Below, piece after piece: positions 56,881 through 64,000 of a stretch of 64,000 nt of DNA. The notes beneath the pieces are model-generated. The model worked only from the letters and a program-made list of their open reading frames with translations. It did no database searches and was not told the origin of the DNA. The number at the start of each line of letters is the position of its first letter. The first letter of the stretch is position 1. The DNA is from a virus (taxonomy: Duplodnaviria; Caudoviricetes), in the IMG/VR virus record IMGVR_UViG_3300033064_000910, positions 20,769 to 84,768 of that record; one strand, given 5' to 3'. The position numbers and the translations under genes are program-made.

Positions 56881-59800
56881 TCAATCAACTTCCAATATGG
56901 GTTCGCCTGAACCTCTACCTGTCTTAGCAACTTTAAGAATATTAGGATTTGTTATAAATGTTTCTACCGCACTTAGTCCATCCGGTGTGGTTGATGAATT
57001 TTGAACAGACCCTTTAAAATATGAACGTCTTAATCCTTCAGATAAATTGTTCACATATTTGTAGTGTGTTGGTAAATATCCTTTAATCGTTTCTACACCA
57101 ACAATTTCATTTCCAATTGATATACTTCCACTAAATGCTAGTGTTGAAACTTTATACCTATATAATGTAACTGGTGTTTTAACGTATCTTACGGGTTCTC
57201 CTAAAGCAGCGCCATTTACCGGCCATCCCGCAACTTGAGTGTTTATTTTTTGAGTATATTGTTCTTTTACAACATATACGTTACTTCTACTTGATGTGTG
57301 ATTTCCAAAAATATTATCAAAATAATTAATTTTGGCAACGCCATTCTTTGAGTATAATCCAAATCCTCTATTTGCTAAAGAATTCGGGTCCATTCCAATT
57401 TCGGTAAATGTCATTGAATCGGCTTCACCAATTAAACTAGCACCAACTGGACATTGTATTTCGGTATCAAAAAATGGTGCACTCGCTTCAAGTTCTGGTT
57501 TTATAGAATTTAAAATTTCCCCATTATACATTATACTTTGACCTACTATTGATGTATCGGATATATCAATAACTGAATCGTAATTATTCAATTCACCTGC
57601 CAATTGACTGATATTATCTACGTTTAAGTTAGCTTCTTCTACTAAATAATCAGATGTTGTAGTTATATTTCTCTTTGTATCAATATTTGATTCAAAGTCA
57701 TTTCTTTCAGATGCCGGCTTCGTCCACTTAATTTTACTTCTTTCTAAAAAGTGTGGTTCGATTAATAATCCTTTTACTACATTAGTTCTCGCAGGTGCTA
57801 ACTCAATTAAAGTATCGAATAAAGACCTATCAATATATTTAACTAATCTTATATATTCGTAGATATCTCTATTTTCTAATCTTTCGAAATAATAATGTCT
57901 TAATGTATCTAATTCTTTGTAAGTTGTTCTATATTCATCCGATGGGTTTCCTATATAGTTATCTATATTAAAATCACCAAATGCTTTTAAGATATCCATA
58001 TTCAACTCCTTAATTGGAGAGAAGAATAATCCTAAACGATTCGTATCTATTGGTGCCTGGTCAAATGCTTTTTTAGTTGCTCTTGTTTTATAAGATAAAT
58101 CAGTAACCAATGATGCGGATTCAAATCTTACTTTATTAGAATAATTAAATCCTAAAGATGGAACATTGGCCGTTACAGTTCTATCATATGGAATATATTG
58201 ATATGGATATGTTGCCGCGGAATACATATTACTTGCAGTTGCAGAACCTTCTCCATATATTTCACTAATTGAAACGTTTTTAATATACGGGTCTAAAATT
58301 CTATCTTTTGGCTTTTCAAAATCTAATCTGAATACTAAATCCGCTGTTGATGCTGTGTATGAGTTTCCATTAATTGCATCTGGAAATAATGTATGATTTT
58401 CAAACTTACTTCTTTGTAAAGGAACTTTCCATAATCTTACTTCATCCAAATTTCCTTGAAACCCATTACCACCAATTTGTAAATAAGAACCGGTTTCCCA
58501 TTGTGTATCATCCGTTTGTATGGACATACTAACTGATGTTATAATTCTCTGTCCATCACTCGTTCCCCACCACACCTCAAACCAAGAAGAAGAATCAGGA
58601 CTATTATGTCTATTAATTACAACTTGTGAATAGTGTTCTGTTGAAATTGGAAAATCTAAACTTCCAGTTTTCAAATCAGGACCAAATGCGTAAACACCAC
58701 TCGATTCAGGTGTTATATAAACCGTTGTTACCACTGGAGAACCACTTGCAAAAGGTTCTGCAAAGTATGTACTATTTGAAATATCTCCACCAAAGTTTAA
58801 TTCTAATTTACCAAAAGAACCAGTAGTTTGTACTAAATCTAAAGTCCACTCACTACCACTTATTAAAGTATAAATTGGTGATGGTAATTCATTTGGCAAT
58901 ATTCTAAATTCAATACAATTAGGATAATCAACATTATTTATTTCATGCCACGGAACTTTAATATTCGAACTACCACTTCCATTTAAATCTCCTTTTAAAT
59001 AAAATGCCGCGGTTCTATCATCAAAAGTAAATTTACTAGTACCACCTTGTGTTGGGTCTTGCGGTCCTCCAAATTCCATTATTGTTAACATAGACTGTGG
59101 AACACCATAACACGCCATAATAGCTTTCATAGCTCTTGCAGTACCTTTATGCTTTAACAAATAAGGTAAGTTATTTAATATCCTTCTCCAAACTTCATCA
59201 TTGGCTTCAGATAATGGCATTCCATATTTTTGAAATCCATCCTTTGTTTTACCAAATGCATATTCCCATAAGAACGGTGAATTAAAAGCGTTTTTAGGAT
59301 TCCAACCAAATGATTGAAGCATTTGAGAAACCAACGTATTTGATAAACCACTAATTTGTTTATGCTCTAATACTTTATTATTATCCAATGCTTTAACATA
59401 AGCCCATACAATATCAAAGTGTTGACCAATCATATCTAAGAAAACTATAAAATCATTATTATTATAATCTTCTCTAATAAATTCAGGTATATTATTTACT
59501 AAATAATTAGGATTGTATTTATCATAATTTGCCCCTTCATCAATTAATGCGTTATACCATGCGGTAACACTTGCGTGCGTTGTATCTCTTAAAATAAGTG
59601 TTCCTAATCCTGTAATTGGATGTACATATAATACTTTTGGATATGCTAAATTATTATTTGATTTGTATAAAAAGTTTTCAAATCCATCAAAATTTCTTAA
59701 AATACCATTTATTGTATTTAATACTTTTTTAGCTTCGCCGGCTTGATTTACACCACTTGATTGTGCAATTTCCCATTGAACATCAAATAGACCATCTTCA

Positions 59801-62091
59801 GTTATTACCTGAAATCCATTTTCTGTTAAAATACCACCATCATAACCACCATACGGTGGAATAAACGTTGTTGCTATTAATGTCTCATACTTTGCTTTGT
59901 AAGTTTCTAATAATTTTACTTTGTAAAAGAAATTAGCCGCTCTTTCTTCAGCCGAACCAAAATGTGAAAAAGCTTTAAACGTATAATCTGACCCGCTTAT
60001 ATATTGTAAATTTAATTTAGTAGTATTAACATTTGTTCCTTCTAAATAATTGTTAACTATATCATTTGAAGTTATTGAACCACTTGCAATTAAATCATCT
60101 AATATTTGGTAAGCAACTCCATTATTTTCTTCTAATGAAAAATTAGGACCTTTTAATGGAGGACAAAAACTTGCATTTTCACCAGATATATTTATTGTTT
60201 CTATAATTGGGTCTGACTGTAATTTAGAAATCCATACCTGTTGGTTTGGTTGTATTGCAGTTGATAATGGTTCATATAATTTTAAAATCAAAGAACCCTC
60301 ACTACCCACCCAAGTTGTAATTAATTTATTATCGTTTGGTAAATGTAATAAGTGATTTAAATATTTTGATGATTCATCTACTAAAGATGCAGTATTTAAT
60401 TGTGATATAAATCCATCAACTAATCTATTAATAACTACATTTCTTGGTATTGTTAATTCGCTTTTATCAAATTTTATTGTAATAAATTCTTCTTTACCAA
60501 CAACAACTTCGTTTCCTTGCTCGTTATATGGAATTAATTTTAATATTAATGATATTAACCCATCACTTTCAGTATATTGTGCACCAGGTGAATTAAGTAA
60601 TTGTTGATAATTTAATGTTACAATTCCTGCAGCTGTAGCTTGTGTATATTGAGAACTCCCTAACGCACATATTTTTACATAATCAGTATTTACTGATTCA
60701 TAACTAATTTTAAAATTTACATTTGTACCTACATAATCTGGACCTTTTATTAATGTTGGGTAATTTATATTTCTAATATCTGGCACACCAACGTAAGTTT
60801 CAGATACTACATTTAATATTAATTCAATTGGTTGCCCATCATTACCATTACTAGTAAATGGTATTATAATTATTCTATATTTACCTACTATTGCTAATTT
60901 ATTCTGTGGTATAGCGATTAGTGTAGATTCGCCTTTCTCTAATTGTGAATATGTAATTTCTTCGTTTGCAAACTTAACTCTTACTCCAGTTGTAAGCTCA
61001 TTTTTATAAATTCCAATTAACGTATCAATTTCAGAATTTATGTTATGTTTTCTATTTAAATCCGGATTCACAAAACTTACAAAGGCTCTATCTGATGATA
61101 TTACTGGTATAGTTTCCGTTTCAATATCAACCAAATATGCTTTATCTATTGTTATCTTAGTATTAACTGATTCAGTATCGGTTACTGCTAATAAAGTTTG
61201 ACTTGTTAAACCATCGGCTGATACTGATATTTTTGTTATTCTCGATATAGTATTTCCTACCGAGTTGCTTTGTATTGTAATAATTTTACCTAGTAATGTT
61301 GATATTTCATTAGCACCAGATTTAAGTGTAACTATTTCTCCAGGTCCATCTATATTATCAATAAGTAATTGGGCACTACCATCTGCGCCAGTTAGTGAAA
61401 CCGTCAATGTTTGTACATTGCCTAAATTATCATCCCCACCATCGTCCGGTATGCCGGTTTTTTGCAAAATAAACGTAATATCTTTATCAATTTCCGCAAT
61501 CGTAGCCGGTTGCTCAATATCATTTATATAATGTATTGCTTTAAACTGATAAAAATTAGTTTTTCCATAATCTGGATCTTGTTCATTTATTGATGGCAAA
61601 GATTCAAATGTAGATAATCCTCTAATTTTTAAATTATTTGTTTTTTCTTCTCCTGAAAAAGAAGTTACCCTATAGTCATCATTATCAATATAATCTGGAT
61701 TTGTTACTAATGTTATAACATATTTTTCAATACTTTTTTGATAACCATTTCCAACTACTGTAATTTCATAATCTCCATTATTAAAAATATCTGTTGCCGT
61801 CAATCTAAGTTCACTTGGACTTACTAATCCAGATGGCTGTCCATTTATATAAATTGAAGCTTGTATTTTTTCACCAGAATATGTTTTTGTAGTAATATCA
61901 CCAACTACACAATTTATTTGTAATTTTCCTGAGAAATTGCTTAAAGGTGTATTGGGTATTTGGGTAATCACAGCTTGCGAACCGCCTCCGCCACCACCGT
62001 TGGTATTACCACCACCGCCGCCACCCGCATCTAATTCGGATTGAACGTTAGAAACTAAACCGTCTTGTAATATGTCTTCTGCTTTTCGCAT
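56881..62091 (-). CDS. Large baseplate wedge-like protein with a LamG-like domain
   Basis: DMIGQHFD, NNLPYLLKHKGTARAMKAIMACYGVP (P2 gpI/gp7-like); FQGNLDEVRLW (LamG-like). Confidence 0.65.
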   Translation of the reverse strand: MRKAEDILQDGLVSNVQSELDAGGGGGGNTNGGGGGGSQAVITQIPNTPLSNFSGKLQINCVVGDITTKTYSGEKIQASIYINGQPSGLVSPSELRLTATDIFNNGDYEITVVGNGYQKSIEKYVITLVTNPDYIDNDDYRVTSFSGEEKTNNLKIRGLSTFESLPSINEQDPDYGKTNFYQFKAIHYINDIEQPATIAEIDKDITFILQKTGIPDDGGDDNLGNVQTLTVSLTGADGSAQLLIDNIDGPGEIVTLKSGANEISTLLGKIITIQSNSVGNTISRITKISVSADGLTSQTLLAVTDTESVNTKITIDKAYLVDIETETIPVISSDRAFVSFVNPDLNRKHNINSEIDTLIGIYKNELTTGVRVKFANEEITYSQLEKGESTLIAIPQNKLAIVGKYRIIIIPFTSNGNDGQPIELILNVVSETYVGVPDIRNINYPTLIKGPDYVGTNVNFKISYESVNTDYVKICALGSSQYTQATAAGIVTLNYQQLLNSPGAQYTESDGLISLILKLIPYNEQGNEVVVGKEEFITIKFDKSELTIPRNVVINRLVDGFISQLNTASLVDESSKYLNHLLHLPNDNKLITTWVGSEGSLILKLYEPLSTAIQPNQQVWISKLQSDPIIETINISGENASFCPPLKGPNFSLEENNGVAYQILDDLIASGSITSNDIVNNYLEGTNVNTTKLNLQYISGSDYTFKAFSHFGSAEERAANFFYKVKLLETYKAKYETLIATTFIPPYGGYDGGILTENGFQVITEDGLFDVQWEIAQSSGVNQAGEAKKVLNTINGILRNFDGFENFLYKSNNNLAYPKVLYVHPITGLGTLILRDTTHASVTAWYNALIDEGANYDKYNPNYLVNNIPEFIREDYNNNDFIVFLDMIGQHFDIVWAYVKALDNNKVLEHKQISGLSNTLVSQMLQSFGWNPKNAFNSPFLWEYAFGKTKDGFQKYGMPLSEANDEVWRRILNNLPYLLKHKGTARAMKAIMACYGVPQSMLTIMEFGGPQDPTQGGTSKFTFDDRTAAFYLKGDLNGSGSSNIKVPWHEINNVDYPNCIEFRILPNELPSPIYTLISGSEWTLDLVQTTGSFGKLELNFGGDISNSTYFAEPFASGSPVVTTVYITPESSGVYAFGPDLKTGSLDFPISTEHYSQVVINRHNSPDSSSWFEVWWGTSDGQRIITSVSMSIQTDDTQWETGSYLQIGGNGFQGNLDEVRLWKVPLQRSKFENHTLFPDAINGNSYTASTADLVFRLDFEKPKDRILDPYIKNVSISEIYGEGSATASNMYSAATYPYQYIPYDRTVTANVPSLGFNYSNKVRFESASLVTDLSYKTRATKKAFDQAPIDTNRLGLFFSPIKELNMDILKAFGDFNIDNYIGNPSDEYRTTYKELDTLRHYYFERLENRDIYEYIRLVKYIDRSLFDTLIELAPARTNVVKGLLIEPHFLERSKIKWTKPASERNDFESNIDTKRNITTTSDYLVEEANLNVDNISQLAGELNNYDSVIDISDTSIVGQSIMYNGEILNSIKPELEASAPFFDTEIQCPVGASLIGEADSMTFTEIGMDPNSLANRGFGLYSKNGVAKINYFDNIFGNHTSSRSNVYVVKEQYTQKINTQVAGWPVNGAALGEPVRYVKTPVTLYRYKVSTLAFSGSISIGNEIVGVETIKGYLPTHYKYVNNLSEGLRRSYFKGSVQNSSTTPDGLSAVETFITNPNILKVAKTGRGSGEPILEVD

Positions 62092-62128
62092 TTAGTAATA
62101 AGTATTTTTATTTAACTTTGTATAAATT

Positions 62129-63478
62129 TTATTGGTATGATATATTATTTTGTTCTCCTCCTAAGCCGAAACCCGCGCCTCTGAAATCATTTAGATTAAC
62201 TTCTCCATCTCTACCACCACCGCCACCACCGTAGCCACCAGCTCCACCACCACCATTTCCACCACCGTTACCATCACTACCACTTTGCCCATCAGGTGTA
62301 TTATATCCACATTGGTTTGAATTAGCTATAATTAGGGCCGTGTATTCACCACCATTACCATCTGCATATTTACCAAATAAGTCAAACCCTTCACAAAATT
62401 CTGAAAGAAGCATTCCCGATGTTGGAAACGGTTTTTCTTTTTTTATTATTTTTTTTAATTCTAATTCTTTATTACTTTCTACAAATGTTTTTGTTTTCTT
62501 TATTGTTATCACAGGATTTGAAGTATCTACTAATAAATCACTTTCTCTAGTTTGTAGTATTTGCCCAACTTCATCAAAACTTTCATCTATTCCTTCATCA
62601 AATGTTGCAGTGGATATTAAATCTTGTTTTGGTAAATAAAAATTAATTACATTTGTAATTAATCTTTGACAGATATCTACGATAGTATTGGATGATAAAG
62701 TTAATGGGATTTTTGTTTGTTTACGTTTACCATAATTTATATCATTGATATCGGATATTCTATTAGTAAGTTCATAAGATGCTGCTTCTCTAAATTTTGT
62801 ATTAATTCTATTTGTAAATTCATCAAAACTTTTTATTTTAAATTCACCACTCATTTTACTAATCCAATTTTCACCATATTTTGTTTTTAAATATGTACCA
62901 ATTATATTCGAATCTATTTGTTCAATTATTTTGAAAGCTTCAATTATTGTATCATCTCTAAAATCTTTATTAGATACAAATAATGCATATCTTTCTTCTA
63001 ATTCTGGATATTTTACTTTTGCATTTTTAATAGGAAATAATCTTACTTCCGTTCTAGATGGTGATATTTCAGAAATCCATAATTTATCTTCTTCTGAATC
63101 AGAGCCAACTCTTTTATTAATTAGTGTAACTTGTGTTTTAAAAATACCATTATCATAACCCGCTTCCCTTAGTAATCTTTCCGCATCTATAAAATATTCA
63201 TTTGGAAATTGAAATTTTTGAAGAACCGTACCTTCTGCTATTAAAATATAATCACTTATATTACTGCTTGTCAATGGTACATATCTAACCGTTTTACCAT
63301 TTACAGCTTTTTGTGGCAACTGATTATCATTTGAATCATAGACAATAAACTCAATTGCATCAGAATCTCCAAGACCAAAAAATGATTGCAGATTTCCTTC
63401 TTCAAATATTTTTCTATCATCTGAACTAACTCTGTACCCTTTGTTGTTTATAATATCTTTAAACGTTTTTATCGCCAT
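62129..63478 (-). CDS. Hypothetical baseplate-cluster protein with Gly-rich C-terminus
   Basis: 449 aa; LWISEISPSRTEVRL. Confidence 0.6.
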   Translation of the reverse strand: MAIKTFKDIINNKGYRVSSDDRKIFEEGNLQSFFGLGDSDAIEFIVYDSNDNQLPQKAVNGKTVRYVPLTSSNISDYILIAEGTVLQKFQFPNEYFIDAERLLREAGYDNGIFKTQVTLINKRVGSDSEEDKLWISEISPSRTEVRLFPIKNAKVKYPELEERYALFVSNKDFRDDTIIEAFKIIEQIDSNIIGTYLKTKYGENWISKMSGEFKIKSFDEFTNRINTKFREAASYELTNRISDINDINYGKRKQTKIPLTLSSNTIVDICQRLITNVINFYLPKQDLISTATFDEGIDESFDEVGQILQTRESDLLVDTSNPVITIKKTKTFVESNKELELKKIIKKEKPFPTSGMLLSEFCEGFDLFGKYADGNGGEYTALIIANSNQCGYNTPDGQSGSDGNGGGNGGGGAGGYGGGGGGRDGEVNLNDFRGAGFGLGGEQNNISYQ

Positions 63479-63502
63479 TTTTATATATTTTTATCTCACC
63501 CA

Positions 63503-64000
63503 TTATGGACTAAAATTAGTACCTCTCATTTTTTGGATAGAAGTTGTAAATGTTATACTTCCTTTTGGTGATTTAATTATTAAATTACCAAGATACTCCG
63601 TATCTCCCGTAAAACCAATAGTGCCTTTAGGTTTTTTGTCATTAACTCCTCCTTTGTTTGTTATTACTTTAATTACTTTTTCCTCACCTTCATTTAATGT
63701 AACATCTGAAAGTTTGTTGAATGCACCTTCATTACTCCCATCAAATTTAAAACTAACGGTAACTTTATCTTTGGTAAAGTTTTTAATTTGTATATCTGGT
63801 CCGTTTACGAATGAACCATTACCATCATCTTTTGCTCTAGCTCTAAATACAATATCTTGATATTTTTCATCACTTTTATTTAATATTTTAGCAGCTATAT
63901 CATCGGTAACTTTCGAACCTTCTGCTTGTTTAGCTTGTTTACCAAAAAGGGTATCTCTCAATACAGTTAACTCTTGTTCCAATGCTTGATTTCTTGCAAA
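63503..64000 (-). CDS. Hypothetical protein, 5' end outside the window
   Basis: The frame stays open to base 64000 (FARNQALEQEL...), so the listed TTG start is not the true start. Confidence 0.65.
   Translation of the reverse strand, partial: FARNQALEQELTVLRDTLFGKQAKQAEGSKVTDDIAAKILNKSDEKYQDIVFRARAKDDGNGSFVNGPDIQIKNFTKDKVTVSFKFDGSNEGAFNKLSDVTLNEGEEKVIKVITNKGGVNDKKPKGTIGFTGDTEYLGNLIIKSPKGSITFTTSIQKMRGTNFSP

Noticed and set aside
151-63860. The many 60-140 aa plus-strand ORFs in the supplied track
   Set aside because: All lie antisense to long minus-strand genes, mirror their codon periodicity (e.g. the PEVP repeats opposite the GTS collagen), and lack recognisable motifs or leaders.

Overview
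AT-rich segment of a large tailed dsDNA phage (Caudoviricetes) with a T4-like head module: terminase large subunit, gp20 portal, gp21 prohead protease, gp22-like scaffold, gp23 major capsid and gp13/14/15-like neck and tail-completion genes. Almost every real gene is on the minus strand; the listed plus-strand ORFs are antisense shadows, and the only credible plus-strand gene is a small unlisted RHH-like ORF at 47735. The ORF track misses a giant gene of more than 3,100 codons (9377 to beyond base 1), which carries at least 13 phycobiliprotein/globin-like C-x-R-D repeats. Three near-perfect Bacteroidota sigma-A promoters point to a Bacteroidota host; they precede a DNA methyltransferase, a glycosylation operon and the primase. 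An 8-mer ATA(T/C)TTAT precedes the structural units. The most notable candidate systems are: (1) an ADP-heptose adenylyltransferase plus AAH/TibC-type protein O-heptosyltransferase plus GT4-methyltransferase-GT25 operon, set beside extremely Ser/Thr-rich virion proteins including proline-free (Gly-Thr-Ser)n collagen; (2) modular head polyproteins with ESVNE linkers, one carrying an NMNAT-like domain and an RNA-ligase-like domain; (3) the giant neck-associated appendage protein. All family assignments come from motif recognition by eye; no searches were run.
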